A stretch of DNA of 64,000 nucleotides, from NCBI GenBank assembly GCA_965240325.2, contig OZ251247.1:1114869-1178868 (forward strand). Reading direction: 5' to 3'. The notes beneath the pieces were generated by a model that did not search any database, was not told the DNA's origin, and saw only the letters and a list, made by a program, of their open reading frames with translations. Shown here in pieces: positions 24,618 to 36,470 of the stretch. How positions within the stretch are numbered: position 1 is the first letter of the stretch; each line of letters opens with the position of its first letter. Origin of the DNA: Rebecca billardiae RCC1528 (taxonomy: Eukaryota > Protista > Haptophyta). The translations under genes were made by a program, and so were the position numbers.

Positions 24618-26084
24618 ATGGCATCACGCCCCGCGACAGACGCCACGATCGGCGCGCTGCCGCCCGAGCTGCTCGCGCGCGTGCTTGGCTTTCTCGAGCG
24701 CGCGCGCGATCTGGCCGCCGCGAACGCCGCCTCGCGCCTCTTCCGCGGCGCGCCGGGTGAGCGCTCGGCGGTCGAGCACGCGCTGCGCGAGCGCGCGCGC
24801 GCACGCGGGCACGAGCGCGCGTTGCCCGATCTGCTGCCCGCGGCGTCGTGCACGTGGACTGAGGAGCTGTTCGCACGCGACCGCGTGGCGACGATCGCCG
24901 CCGCGCACGCCAACGTTCTCGCGTGCGCGGGAAACCTCCGGAGCCGCTGGAGCGCGTTTGTGGACGCGGAGGGCGCGCTGCACACGTGCGGCGAGGAGGA
25001 GGTGCGCGCGATGGGCGCGCTTCGCGCGCCGGCAGCACTTGGGCATCCCGCATTGGCCACCGTGCCGATATGCACGCCCCAGCGCGTCGCCTCGCTCAGC
25101 GCGGTGCGCGTGGTCGCTGTGGCGGCTGGCTGGGCCCACCTGCTCGCGCTGAGCGATGCTGGCGCCGTGTACGGCTGCGGCGAGAACATCTGCGGCCAGC
25201 TCGGGCTGGGCGGCAGAACGAGCCGGTGCCCCTTCGCTTCGATTGCAGTACCTCGCGGCGCGCTGGTCGTGGGCATCGCCGCCGGCTTCAAGCACAGCCT
25301 CGCGCTCACCGCTGCTGGCTGTGCGTACAGCTGGGGCTACAACTTCGAAGGCCAGCTCGGCCACGGCGACAGGAAGGACCGGTGGGAGCCGACGCGCATC
25401 GAGGCGCTGGACGGCGTGCGCGTTGGCGGGGTGACCGCGGGCGGATGGCACACGCTGCTGCTCTCCACCAGTGGCGCCGTGCACTCGTGCGGCAATGGCT
25501 ACTTCGGCCAGCTCGGCCACGGCGACCAGCAGCATCAGCGCACGCCGAGGCGCATCGAGGCGCTCGCGGGCGTGCGCGCCGTGCACGTGAGCGCGGGCGA
25601 GGCGCACAGCCTGGTGGTGGACGCGGGTGGGCGCGTGCACTCGTTCGGGAGTGGCGCTTTCGGCCAACTCGGCACCGGCTCCGAGGACAATCAGCACACG
25701 CCGAGGCGCATCGAGGCGCTCGCGGGCGCCTGCGCAGTGCGCGCCCGCGCGGGCAGCACCTGCAGCTCGGTGCTCGGCGCGGACGGCAGCGTGCACGTCT
25801 TCGGGCACACGAATCACCCGCAACTCGGCCTGGGAGGGCCGACGGGGCCGCCTGCGCGCGTGCCCGAGCTCGCGCTCGCCCGCGTGCTCGACTGCGCGCT
25901 CGCAGATTCCCACTCGCTCTTTGCGACCGCAGACGGTGGCGTGTACGCGTGCGGCGAGCCGTCCGCAGCGCTCGGCCTCGGCCAGAGGCTGAGTCACACA
26001 GCCGTCGGCAACCGTCGACGCTGCACGCCGCTGGAGCGGGTCGCGTCGCTGCCGCGCGTGCTGCCGTGGTTCCCGCCGGGATGA
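24618..26084 (+). CDS. F-box + RCC1-repeat protein B1
   Basis: IGALPPELLARVLGFLERARDLAAANAASRLF (F-box), then about 7 RCC1 blades (AGxxHxLxLxxxGxVYxxGxNxxGQLG); intronless. Confidence 0.92.
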   Translation: MASRPATDATIGALPPELLARVLGFLERARDLAAANAASRLFRGAPGERSAVEHALRERARARGHERALPDLLPAASCTWTEELFARDRVATIAAAHANVLACAGNLRSRWSAFVDAEGALHTCGEEEVRAMGALRAPAALGHPALATVPICTPQRVASLSAVRVVAVAAGWAHLLALSDAGAVYGCGENICGQLGLGGRTSRCPFASIAVPRGALVVGIAAGFKHSLALTAAGCAYSWGYNFEGQLGHGDRKDRWEPTRIEALDGVRVGGVTAGGWHTLLLSTSGAVHSCGNGYFGQLGHGDQQHQRTPRRIEALAGVRAVHVSAGEAHSLVVDAGGRVHSFGSGAFGQLGTGSEDNQHTPRRIEALAGACAVRARAGSTCSSVLGADGSVHVFGHTNHPQLGLGGPTGPPARVPELALARVLDCALADSHSLFATADGGVYACGEPSAALGLGQRLSHTAVGNRRRCTPLERVASLPRVLPWFPPG

Positions 26085-26527
26085 GCAGCGATGGTCTACC
26101 TAGCTCGTGCCAGTGGCGCGATGCCTACCCGGGGGCGGATCGGACCAGCTTGCTCCAGCGGGCCGCGGGCGCCGCGGGGGCCGACTGCGGCCGGACACCA
26201 TTGATTGAGACTGCGCGCACTACTAGCTACTCACTGAGCGAGTCATCATGACGATGATGATCGACTGACGGACGACTGTGCTACGACGTATACGGCGCAG
26301 CAGCGGCTGCCCGCTGATGAATGGTGGCAGTGACGATGCCAGTGACGATGATGCTGCCGCCGCGGCGCGATATCGTCATTAATCATCGTCCGTCGTCGTA
26401 CTCGTAGTCGTACGACAGCACTGTGAGTCACTGTCAGCAGTCTCTCACTGCTGCCGACGAGTCCCGGGCCGGAATTGGTCGTGGCCGTACAGGCTCGTCG
26501 TCGGCAGCCGTGATGGCCCCGGCACCA

Positions 26528-28045
26528 TTAGCCAGGCAAGCCGCCACCGTCATCATCGCCGCGCACGGGCACGCGAGGCAGCCCCGCGATGCGCACCATC
26601 GGCGCGTGCCGAGCACCGTCGCCCTCTCCGGATGCTGCCGGCGGCGGCCCCACCTTGCGGCCGACGGCGGCAGAGCCATGGCAGCACGCGTGCACACGGC
26701 AGTCGGCCGTCACGTACAGCGCGTGGCTGTGTGAGAGCGCACAGGCGGCCACGCGCTGCCCGCCCAGCAGCTCCACACGCACCGGCACGCTGGCGTCTGC
26801 CGACGCTGGGCGGCCGAGCTGCGCGTACCGGTTCTCCCCGAACGTGTGCACGCTGCCGTCAGCACCCAGCACCGCGCTGCCGTAAGGCCCCGCGCTGGCA
26901 CTCACAGCGCGTACGCCGCCGAGTGCGGCGATGGGCGTAGGCAGGAGCTGCCCGCGTGTAGAGCCATGGCCGAGCTGGCCGTGCGGGCCGTCGCCAAACG
27001 AGGACACAGTGCCCCGGGCGTCCACAACCAGGCTGTGCATTTGGCCCGCGCTCACGTGCACGGCGCGCACGCCTGCAAGCGCCTCGATGCACCTCGGCGT
27101 GTGCTGACCCTGCCGGTCGCAGTGGCCGAGCCGGCCGCCGCTGCCAAATCCGCACGAGTAGACGTCACCATCGGTCGAGAGCAGCAGCGTGTGAGCATAC
27201 CCTGCGGACACCCCGCCCACGCGCACGCCGTCCAGCGCCTCGATGCGCGTCGGCTTCCACCGGAACTTCGTGTCGCCGTGGCCGAGCTGCCCAAAGTAGT
27301 TGAAGCCCCAGCTGTACACACAGCCAGCAGCGGTGAGCGCCAGGCTGTGCTCGCCGCCAGCGGCGATGCCCACGACCAGCGCGTCACGAGGTACTGCGAT
27401 CGAAGTGAAGGAGGGCCGAGCCTCTCCGTCGCCCAGGCCGAGCTGGCCACAGAAGTTCTCGCCGCAGCCGTGCACGGCGCCGGCATCGCTCAGAGCGAGC
27501 AGGTGGTGGCAGCCAGCGGCCACCGCGACCACGCGCACCGCAGAGAGCGAGGCGACGCGCGTGGGCGTGTGCATCGGCTCAAGGCGTCCATCGCCATGCC
27601 CCAGCGCAATGGCTGCCCGACGAGAGACACCTGGTCGCTCTTCCACGCCGCACGTGTGGAGCCCGCCCTCCGCGTCCACGAACGCGCTCATCACTTCAAA
27701 CTCAAAGTTGTCAGCTACGTTATTGCCACCGCAAGCCACCACCTGCGCGTGCACACGCACGAGCTGGAGGACGTGCTCGCGCACGAGCAGCTCGCCGATC
27801 CACGTGCGCGACGCCGCGGGCAGAGCCTCGGGCAGCGCGCGCTCGTGCCCGCGCGCGCGCGCGCGCTCGCGCAGCGCGCGCTCGACCGGCGAGCTGGCGC
27901 GGCCGGGCGCGCCGCGGAAGAGGCGCGAGGCGGCGTTGGCGCTCGCGAGGTCTTGCGCGGCGGGGAGCCAGGCGAGGATGCGCTCGATCAGCTCCGGCGC
28001 CACGTCGGCGAGCGTGAGCCGCGGCAATGCAGCGGCGCTTGCCAT
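26528..28045 (-). CDS. F-box + RCC1-repeat protein A2
   Basis: ATG 28045; F-box LADVAPELIERILAWL..DLASANAASRLF; RCC1 repeats. Confidence 0.92.
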   Translation of the reverse strand: MASAAALPRLTLADVAPELIERILAWLPAAQDLASANAASRLFRGAPGRASSPVERALRERARARGHERALPEALPAASRTWIGELLVREHVLQLVRVHAQVVACGGNNVADNFEFEVMSAFVDAEGGLHTCGVEERPGVSRRAAIALGHGDGRLEPMHTPTRVASLSAVRVVAVAAGCHHLLALSDAGAVHGCGENFCGQLGLGDGEARPSFTSIAVPRDALVVGIAAGGEHSLALTAAGCVYSWGFNYFGQLGHGDTKFRWKPTRIEALDGVRVGGVSAGYAHTLLLSTDGDVYSCGFGSGGRLGHCDRQGQHTPRCIEALAGVRAVHVSAGQMHSLVVDARGTVSSFGDGPHGQLGHGSTRGQLLPTPIAALGGVRAVSASAGPYGSAVLGADGSVHTFGENRYAQLGRPASADASVPVRVELLGGQRVAACALSHSHALYVTADCRVHACCHGSAAVGRKVGPPPAASGEGDGARHAPMVRIAGLPRVPVRGDDDGGGLPG

Positions 28046-28226
28046 CTCGACCGCCGTCCCTCCGCCACCGTCGCTCACGCCTTGGCTTGGCCGCCACCCC
28101 ACTGGAGCGGCGCGGCCACTGGCCGTGGCAAACGGTCTTCGTCCGTCCAGTTGAACACCCCGGACCGAGCAGCCCCGCCGCCGAGGCGGAGGGAGCCACC
28201 GCGCGCGAGAGAAGCGCCGCCGCGTG

Positions 28227-29714
28227 ATGGCATCACCCCCCGCGACAGACGCCACGATCGGCGCGCTGCCGCCCGAGCTGCTCGCGCGCGTGCTCGGCTT
28301 TCTCGAGCGCGCGCGCGATCTGGCCGCCGCGAACGCCGCCTCGCGCCTCTTCCGCGGCGCGCCGGGTGAGCGCTCGGCGGTCGAGCACGCGCTGCGCGAG
28401 CGCGCGCGCGCACGCGGGCACGAGCACGCGCTGCCCGAGGCGCTGCCCGCGGCGTCGTGCACGTGGATTGAAGAGCTCCTCGCACGCGGCCGCGTGGCGA
28501 CGATTGCCGCCGCGCACTCCAGCGTGCTCGCGTGCGCGTCCGGCATCGGCACTCGCTGGAGCGCGTTTGTGGACGCGGAGGGCGCGCTGCACACGTGCGG
28601 CGAGGAGCAGGAGTACTTCACAGGCGAGCCCCTCGCGCTGGCGGTACTTGGGCATCCCACATTGGCCACCGAGCCGGTGTGCACGCCCCAGCGTGTCGCC
28701 TCGCTCGGTTCGGTGCGCGTGGTCGCGGTGGCGGGTGGAGGTGACCACCTGCTCGCGCTGAGCGATGCCGGCGCCGTGTACGGCTGCGGCAAGAACGGGC
28801 GCGGCCAGCTCGGGCTGGGCGGCACTGCGACGCGTTGGTCGTTCGAAACGATTAGCTCTTTTCGCGACGAGCTCGTCTTGCACATCTGTGCCGGCTACTG
28901 GCTCAGCCTCGCGCTCACCGCCGCTGGGTGTGCGTACAGCTGGGGTGACAACAACAGCGGCCAGCTCGGCCACGGCGACACGAAGGACCGGTGGGAGCCG
29001 ACGCGCATCGAGGCGCTGGACGGCGTGCGCGTCGGCGGCATCGCCGCGGGTGGAAGTCACACGCTGCTGCTCTCCACCAGTGGCGCCGTGCACTCGTGCG
29101 GCGCGGGCTACTGCGGCCGGCTCGGCCACGGCGACGAGGAGGATCAGCTCACGCCGAGGCGCATCGAGGCGCTCGCTGGCGTGCGCGCCGTGCACGTGAG
29201 CGTGGGCGAGGCGCACAGCCTGGTGGTGGACGCGGTGGGGCGCGTGCACTCGTTCGGATGGGGCTATTCCGGCCAACTCGGCACCGGCTCCAAGCACGAC
29301 CAGCATACGCCGAGGCGCATCGAGGCGCTCGCGGGCGTCTGCGCCGTGCTCGCCTGCGCCGGCGACAACAGAAGTGCGATGCTCAGCGCGGACGGCAGCG
29401 TGCACGTCTTCGGGCGCACGAATCACCCGCATCTCGGCCTGGGAGGGCCGACGGGGCCGCCCGCGCGCGTGCCCGAGCTCGCGCACGCCCAAGTGCTCGA
29501 CTGCGCGCTCGCAGATTCCCACTCGCTCTTTGCGACCGCCGACGGTGGCGTGTACGCGTGCGGCGAGCAGTCCGCAGCGCTCGGCCTCGGCCAGAGGCAG
29601 AGTCACACAGCCGCCGGCAACCGTCGACGCTGCACGCCGCTGGAGCGAGTCGCGTCACGCTGCCGCGCGTGCTGCCGTGGTCCCCGATGGGATGAGCAGC
29701 GATGGTCTACCTAG
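28227..29714 (+). CDS. F-box + RCC1-repeat protein B2 (2-nt insertion near 29657 alters the C-terminal tail)
   Basis: Same architecture as B1; gtcgcgtcACgctgccg versus gtcgcgtcgctgccg in sibling copies. Confidence 0.9.
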   Translation: MASPPATDATIGALPPELLARVLGFLERARDLAAANAASRLFRGAPGERSAVEHALRERARARGHEHALPEALPAASCTWIEELLARGRVATIAAAHSSVLACASGIGTRWSAFVDAEGALHTCGEEQEYFTGEPLALAVLGHPTLATEPVCTPQRVASLGSVRVVAVAGGGDHLLALSDAGAVYGCGKNGRGQLGLGGTATRWSFETISSFRDELVLHICAGYWLSLALTAAGCAYSWGDNNSGQLGHGDTKDRWEPTRIEALDGVRVGGIAAGGSHTLLLSTSGAVHSCGAGYCGRLGHGDEEDQLTPRRIEALAGVRAVHVSVGEAHSLVVDAVGRVHSFGWGYSGQLGTGSKHDQHTPRRIEALAGVCAVLACAGDNRSAMLSADGSVHVFGRTNHPHLGLGGPTGPPARVPELAHAQVLDCALADSHSLFATADGGVYACGEQSAALGLGQRQSHTAAGNRRRCTPLERVASRCRACCRGPRWDEQRWST

Positions 29715-30122
29715 CTCGTGCCAGTGCCGCGATGCCTACCCGGGGGCGGATTGGGACCTGCTAGTTGCTCCAGCGCCGGCTGACGCGGGGGCCGACTGGG
29801 CACTGCTGGCCCGACTGCGCCGCGGACAGTGAGACTGCGCGCACTTCTCACTGAGCCATGACGATATGATGATGACTGCTGATGACGACTGTGCTACGAC
29901 GTACGTATACGGCGCAGCAGCAGCGGCTGCCCGTCGGTGAATGACGATGACGATGATGATGCCGCCGCGCGCGGCGCACGATTTCATCATATCATCATAT
30001 CGTCCGCGTCGTAGTCGCAGTCGCACAGTCAGTCTCTCACCCAGTCACTGCTGCCGACGAGTCCGAATGGTCGTGGCCGTACAGCAGGCTCGTCGTCGGC
30101 AGCCGTGATGGCCCCGGCGCCA

Positions 30123-31640
30123 TCAGCCCGGCAAGCCGCCACCGTCATCCTCGCTGCACACAGGCACGCGAAGCAGCCCCGCGATGCGCACCATCGGCGC
30201 GTGCCGGGCACCGTCGCCCTCGCCGGATGCTGCCGGCGGCGGCCCCACCTTGCGGCCGACGGCGGCAGAGCCATGGCCGCACGCGTGCACGCGGCCGTCG
30301 GCCGTCACGTACAGCGCGTGGCTGTGCGAGAGCGCACAGGCGGCCACGCGCTGCCCGCCCAGCAGCTCCACGCGCACCGGCACGCTGGCGTCTGCCGACG
30401 CTGGGCGGCCGAGCTGCGCGTACCGGTTCTCCCCGAACGTGTGCACGCTGCCGTCGGCGCCCAGCACCGCGCTGCCAAAAGGCCCCGCGCTGGCACTCAC
30501 AGCGCGCACGCCGCCGAGTGTGGCGATGGGCGTAGGCAGGAGCTGCCCGCGTGTAGAGCCATAGCCGAGCTGTCCGAACTGGCCGTCGCCAAACGAGAAC
30601 GCACCGCCCCGCACGTCCACCACCAGGCTGTGGCGGTTGTCCGCGCTCACGTGCACGGCGTGCACGCCCGCGAGCGCCTCGATGCGCCTCGGCGTGTGCT
30701 GACGCTGCTCGTCGCCGTGGCCGAGCCGGCCGCAGTAGCCGTGGCCGCACGAGTAGACGGCGCCACTGGTGGAGAGCAGCAGCGTGTGAGCACACCCTGC
30801 CGACACCCCGCCCGCGCGCACGCCGTCTAGCACCTCGATGCGTGTCGGCTTCCGCCGGTCCTTCGTGTCGCCGTGGCCGAGCTGGCCGCAGCTGTTGCGG
30901 CCCCAGCTGTACGCACAGCCAGCGGCGGTGAGCGCGAGGCTGTGGTAGGCGCCGGCGGCGATGCCGACGACCAGCACGTCACGAGGTACTGCGATCGAAG
31001 CGAAGGACGACCGAGCCTCGCCGTCGCCCAGCCCTAGCTGGCCGCGCCCGTTCTCGCCGCAGCCGTACACGGCGCCGGCATTGCTCAGCGCGAGCAGGTG
31101 GTGGATGCCAGCGGCCACCGCACGCACGCGCACCGCGCAGAGCGAGGCGACGCGCGTCGGAGCGTGCATCGGCTCGAGGTGATCATCGCCGTGCCCCAGC
31201 GCGCAGGGCGTGCGAGGAGGGAGCCCCGGCCACTCTTCCACGCCGCATGTGCGCAGCCCGCCCTCCGTGTCCACAAACGCGCTCATCACTTCGAGCCCAA
31301 AGCAGAACTCCTCATTGTTGCCACCGCAAGCCACCGCCTGCGCGTGTGCACGCGCGAGCTGGAGGACGTGCTCGCGCGCGAGCAGCTCGCCGATCCACGT
31401 GCACGACGCCGCGGGCAGCGCCTCGGGCAGCGCGCGCTCGTGCCCGCGCGCGCGCGCGCGCTCGCGCAGCACGCGCTCGACCGGCGAGCTGGCGCGGTCG
31501 GGCGCGCCGCGGAAGAGGCGCGAGGCGGCGTTGGCGCTCGCGAGGTCGTGCGCGGCGGGGAGCCAGGCGAGGATGCGCTCGATCAGCTCCGGCGCCACGT
31601 CGGCGAGCGTGAGCCGCGGCAATGCAGCGGCGCTTGCCAT
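30123..31640 (-). CDS. F-box + RCC1-repeat protein A3
   Basis: Intact ORF from ATG 31640; the upstream shared promoter is replaced by a transposon from 31701. Confidence 0.88.
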   Translation of the reverse strand: MASAAALPRLTLADVAPELIERILAWLPAAHDLASANAASRLFRGAPDRASSPVERVLRERARARGHERALPEALPAASCTWIGELLAREHVLQLARAHAQAVACGGNNEEFCFGLEVMSAFVDTEGGLRTCGVEEWPGLPPRTPCALGHGDDHLEPMHAPTRVASLCAVRVRAVAAGIHHLLALSNAGAVYGCGENGRGQLGLGDGEARSSFASIAVPRDVLVVGIAAGAYHSLALTAAGCAYSWGRNSCGQLGHGDTKDRRKPTRIEVLDGVRAGGVSAGCAHTLLLSTSGAVYSCGHGYCGRLGHGDEQRQHTPRRIEALAGVHAVHVSADNRHSLVVDVRGGAFSFGDGQFGQLGYGSTRGQLLPTPIATLGGVRAVSASAGPFGSAVLGADGSVHTFGENRYAQLGRPASADASVPVRVELLGGQRVAACALSHSHALYVTADGRVHACGHGSAAVGRKVGPPPAASGEGDGARHAPMVRIAGLLRVPVCSEDDGGGLPG

Positions 31641-31700
31641 CTCGACCGCCGTCCCTCCGCCACCGTCGCTCACGCCTTGGCTTGGCCGCCACCCCACTGG

Positions 31701-34660
31701 CAAGGGAGTCAAGGGTGCCCGCGCCCCAGTGGCGCGCTCGGCGGATGTGAGCACACAGATTTTTGCCCGCGGCCTGCGGCGGGCGGCGGCGAGGGCGTGC
31801 TCCGGTGGCGGGGCGAGCGCACGGGGCACGGCGCTGCGGGCGCGGATGTGCCCGCGAAGCCGGCGCGTGCGGACGGGCAGTTGCGGGAGAGCATATGGCG
31901 CCCTCCTGCGCCGCGCGACTTGCGCCACGCCTCTTTCGCCTCGGCTCAGAGCAGCGCGCACGCACGCGCCGCCTCAAGGCCAGCCTTGCCGCGCCGCAGC
32001 CGGCCGCGCGCGCGCCGTGTGCGGCGTGGTCGGGAAGGAGCGGGCGCTGCTGCCGGGCGAGATGGCGACATCATGCGCGCACGCCATGCCGCCCCGCCAC
32101 GCCTTGACGAGTGCGTCGTCGGTCCGTTTGCATGCCTCTTTGACTTGTCACAAATGGTGTGCACGGCCTCGCGGTCGTGACCCTTGTCGGGACGATCATT
32201 GAGACACAGAACAGTGCCAGACGGGCACGCGGGCTACTCTTACATGAATGTTCATCACCGCGTGGTCATGCAGAAGTGCTGGGTTTTTTTTTAAATTTTC
32301 CTTATTTATAACTGGCTCCGGGTGATCAGGCTGGCGGCCGAAGCCTGGCCAGCCCTACCCTGGCCAGCCCCCAACCAACCACCACCCTCACCCAACCTCA
32401 AACCACTGACCGAGACACCTAGTGTCTTGACACCACTCCACTGTGGACAGCCCGCCTCCAGAGGGGGCGGGGGTATGCCATTGCCAACAGCATACGAGCC
32501 CAACACTGTGGGGTTATGGTCCCAGGTACAAGCAGTGTACGGCCTTGCAATTCAAGACCATCGAGTTTGAGCCGAGTCGGCAGAAGGGGCACCCCCTAGG
32601 GTGCCCCAGTGTGGGCAGAGGGCCAGCCACTAGCCGATCCCTGAGCGGGGTCGAAGGGAACTGAGGGGACTGTCATCGAGCCCAGTAGCTGGGCAGGGGT
32701 CTGGGCCACTGGCCCTGGCAGCGAGGCGCCTGTATTTCACTCGTGCAGCTATGGAGGCAGAGGGGGTCATGTCAGACATGTGTGCTACATCGGGCAGCAA
32801 GTCCGGGCGTGGGCAGCTGCGACGCTTTCCTCGCGCTGATGCTCTTTCATCATCTTCTTCGAGCTCAGGACCTTTCTCTCGAACGCCAGGCAATCCTGAA
32901 ACCAAAACTGAAACCAAAAAGTGGGTTTCGGCTTGTATCTCCACATGTGCCGAAACGGAGATTTTCTGCGCCGGAAAACGAAGGGAAAAACGAGCCGGGC
33001 TTGGGAGGGCTTCAGTTTTCGCTTCGTTTCCCGAATCCAAAAAATCTCCTGCCCAAGATCGACCGTTCGACCTGCCACCTCGCCGCCCGCGGCGCCGGGG
33101 CGCTCTCGCCGTGCGCTCCGGCGGTTGTCGGGTCGGACTGCGGTGGCGGCGCGGGGCTCGAGCCGTTGCAGAGTCGCTTTGCACTCCTCTCTGTGTTGCT
33201 CGCCTTCCTCCTCCTCGCCTTCTCCGCGCCTTGACGCAGCGCGCGCGCACGCGCCGCCGTGCACGCACGGCAGCGCAAGGGATTGCGCGCCGCGCGTGGC
33301 ACGCGACGGGTCCGACTCGGGGCTGGAGCCACAGCGGGGCACGCAAACGCACGCTACGTCGTCTCGAGCCTGTGGGCCTGAACACCAGCGCGCGCTATGC
33401 TGATGCACATTCCAAACTGTTCCGTGATCTGGCAGCATCACTCACCGGTGTGGCGTGCGCGAGAAGCTTGAACAACGAAACTTGAGTGCGCAGACGCGAT
33501 CGATGCGGAGGCTGTCATGTTTGTGAGGGCGTCTCTAGTGGTGCCCATAAAGTAGTTGCTGGGCAGCGCCGTGTACGTGGCTGGCATCGTGTCTTGCCCA
33601 CATAATCATCCCGACGCATGGCGGGGTCTGGTCAGGCCGCGCCTGCGGTGACAAAAAGACCTGTGAGCCTTTAGCGCATGGCAAGCAGACCGACACGCAC
33701 GCTCGAGGCGGCGTAGCGTGCGTTTGCGATGGCTTTGCGTGCCCCCGCAGTGGCTCCAGCCCCGAGTCGGACCCGTCGCGCGCCACGCGCGCGGCGCGCA
33801 ATCCCTTGCGGTGCCACGCGTGCACGGCGGCGCGTGCGCGCGCGCTGCGTCAAGGCGCGGAGAAGGCGAGGACGAGGAAGGCGCGCAACACAGAGAGGGG
33901 TGCACAGCGACTCTGCCATGCCTGGAGCCCCGCGCCGCCACCGCACTCCGACCCTCGGAGGGCACGCGCAGTTGGCGGCATTCGGCCGCACCCGTGACCC
34001 AGCACTCGGGCAGCAATATGATGCAAGCCTGCCGAAGTTGCTGATTGGTTGCTCGGACAATCTCGGCTTTTGTGAATTCCAGCTTGCGCAGGCGTCGAGA
34101 GAAAGGCCGCAGAGTCCCCAAAACCACTTTTGGTTTCAGGTTTTGGTTTCAGGATTGCCTGGCGTTCGAGAGAAAGGGCCTCACGGTCAGGTCTGGCTTC
34201 AGGCACGACAAGTAATCAGCCCTCGTCAACAGCTGTGCGGATCCGTTCTCGTGCCCTTTCGCGGCGCCACGGGGCGGCATGGCGTGCGCACATGCCTTTG
34301 CCATCTCGCCCGGCAGCAGCGCCCGTTCCTTCCCGACCGCGCCGCGCACGGCGCGCGCGCGGCCGGCTGCGGCGCGGCAAGGCTGGCCTTGAGGCGGCGC
34401 GTGCGTGCGCGCTGCTCTGAGCCGAGGCGAAAGAGGCGTGGCGCAAGTCGCGCGGCGCAGGAGGGCGCCATATGCTCTCCCGCAACTGCCCGTCCGCACG
34501 CGCCGGCTTCGCGGGCACATCCGCGCCCGCAGCGCCGTGCCCCGTGCGCTCGCCCCGCCACCGGAGCACGCCCTCGCCGCCGCCCGCCGCAGGCCGCGGG
34601 CAAAAATCTGTGTGCTCACATCCGGCGAGCGCGCCACTGGGGCGCGGGCACCCTTGACTC
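31701..34660. mobile_element. Composite long-TIR element (CAAGGG family) with nested inverted repeats; associated with deletion of the promoter and the B3 5' end
   Basis: Left terminus CAAGGGAGTCAAGGGTG; ~390-bp arms 31706-~32095 / ~34271-34660; inner inverted segments ~32867-33370 / ~33700-34180. The right end lacks the last 5 nt and there is no TSD. Confidence 0.8.
32284..32865 (-). mobile_element. Possible 5'-truncated non-LTR retroelement 3' end inside the TIR element
   Basis: The minus strand ends ...ggccaggcttcggcc..gccagcctgatcacccggagccagttataaataaggaaaatttaaaaaaaaa. The segment has no partner in the opposite arm, and the same motif recurs at ~18621-18655. Confidence 0.35.
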
Positions 34661-34665
34661 GCCAG

Positions 34666-35986
34666 CTCGGCGGTCGAGCACGCGCTGCGCGAGCGCGCTC
34701 GCGCACGCGGCCACGAGCACGCGTTGCCCGAGGCGCTTCCCGCGGCGTCGTGCACTTGGACAGAGGAGCTCTTCGCACGTGATCGCGTGGCGACGATCGC
34801 CGCCGCGCACGCCAGCGTTCTCACGTGCGCGTGCGGCATCAGCAGTCGCTGGAGCGCGTTTGTGGACGCGGAGGGCGCGCTGCACACGTGCGGCGAAGGG
34901 GCCGAGAGCATGATTGCCACGCCCCGCGCGCTGGCGGTACTCGGGCATCCCGCATCGGCCACCCAGCCGGTATGCACGCCCCAGCGCGTCGCCTCGCTCT
35001 GTGCGGTGCGCGTGCGCGCCGTGGCAGCTGGCTCCTTCTACATGCTTGCGCTGAGCGATGCCGGCGCCGTGTACGGCTGCGGCGAGAACGGGCGCGGCCA
35101 GCTCGGGCTGGGCGACAGGAAGGAGCGTCGGTGGTTGGACGCGATCGACGCCCTGCGTGGCGAGCTCGTGGTGCACATCTGTACCGGTGCAGTCCACAGC
35201 CTCGCGCTCACGGCAGCTGGCTGTGCGTACAGCTGGGGCTGGAACTACTACGGCCAGCTCGGCCACGGCGACACGAAGGACCGGTGGGAGCCGACGCGCA
35301 TCGAGGCGCTGGACGGCGTGCGCGTGGGCGGCATCGCCGATGGCAAATACCACACGTTGCTGCTCTCAGCCAGTGGCGCCGTCTACTCGTGTGGCTTCAG
35401 TTACTTCGGCCAGCTCGGTCACGGCGACCAGCAGCATCAGCGCACGCCGAGGCGCATCGAGGCGCTCGCGGGCGTGCGCGCCGTGCACGTGAGCGCGGGC
35501 GAGGCGCACAGCCTGGTGGTGGACGCGGGTGGGCGCGTGCACTCGTTCGGGTGTGGCGCTTCCGGCCGACTCGGCGCCGACTCCGAGAACGATCAGCTTA
35601 CGCCGAGGCGCATCGAGGCGCTCAGGGGCGTGCACACAGTGCGTGCCCGCGCGGGCGACAGCTGCAGTGCGGTGCTCGGCGCAGACGGCAGCGTGCACGT
35701 CTTCGGACGCACGAATCACCTGCAGCTCGGCCTGGACGGGCCGACGGGGCAGCCCACGCGCGTGCCCGAGCTCGCGCTCGCCCGCGTGCTCGACTGCGCG
35801 CTCGCAGATTCCCACTCGCTCTTTGCGACCGCAGACGGTGGCATGTATGCGTGCGGCGAGCCGTCCGCAGCGCTCGGCCTCGGCCAGAGGCAGAGTCACA
35901 CAGCCGCCGGCAACCGTCGACGCTGCACGCCGCTGGAGCGAGTCGCGTCGCTGCCGCGCGTGCTGCCGTGGTCCCCGATGGGATGA
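34666..35986 (+). pseudogene. RCC1-repeat gene B3, 5'-truncated (no ATG or F-box)
   Basis: Similarity to B genes begins at SAVEHALRERARARG; the propeller frame is intact to the stop at 35986. Confidence 0.85.
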
Positions 35987-36470
35987 GCAGCGATGGTCTA
36001 CCTAGCTCGTGCCAGTGCAGCGATGCCTACCCGGGGGCGGATAGGGACCTGCTAGTTGCTCCAGCGCCGGCTGACGGCGGGGGCCGACTGGGCACTGGCC
36101 CGACCGCGCCGCGGACAGTGAGACTGCGCGCACTTCTCACTGAGCCATGACGATGATATTGATGATGACTGATGACGACTGTGCTACGACGTACGTATAT
36201 ACGTATACGGCGCAGCAGCGGCTGCCCCCGTCGGTGAATGATGACGACGATGACGATGATGATGCCGCGCCGCGCGCGGCGCGATTTATTCATATATACA
36301 TATACGACATCATCATATCATCATCATATATATCGATCGTCCGTATAGTCGTAGTCGCACAGTCAGTCTCTCACTCAGACTCAGTCACTGCTGCCGACGA
36401 GTCCGAATGGACGAATGGTCGTGGCCGTACAGCAGGCTCGTCGTCGGCAGCCGTGATGGCCCCGGCGCCA

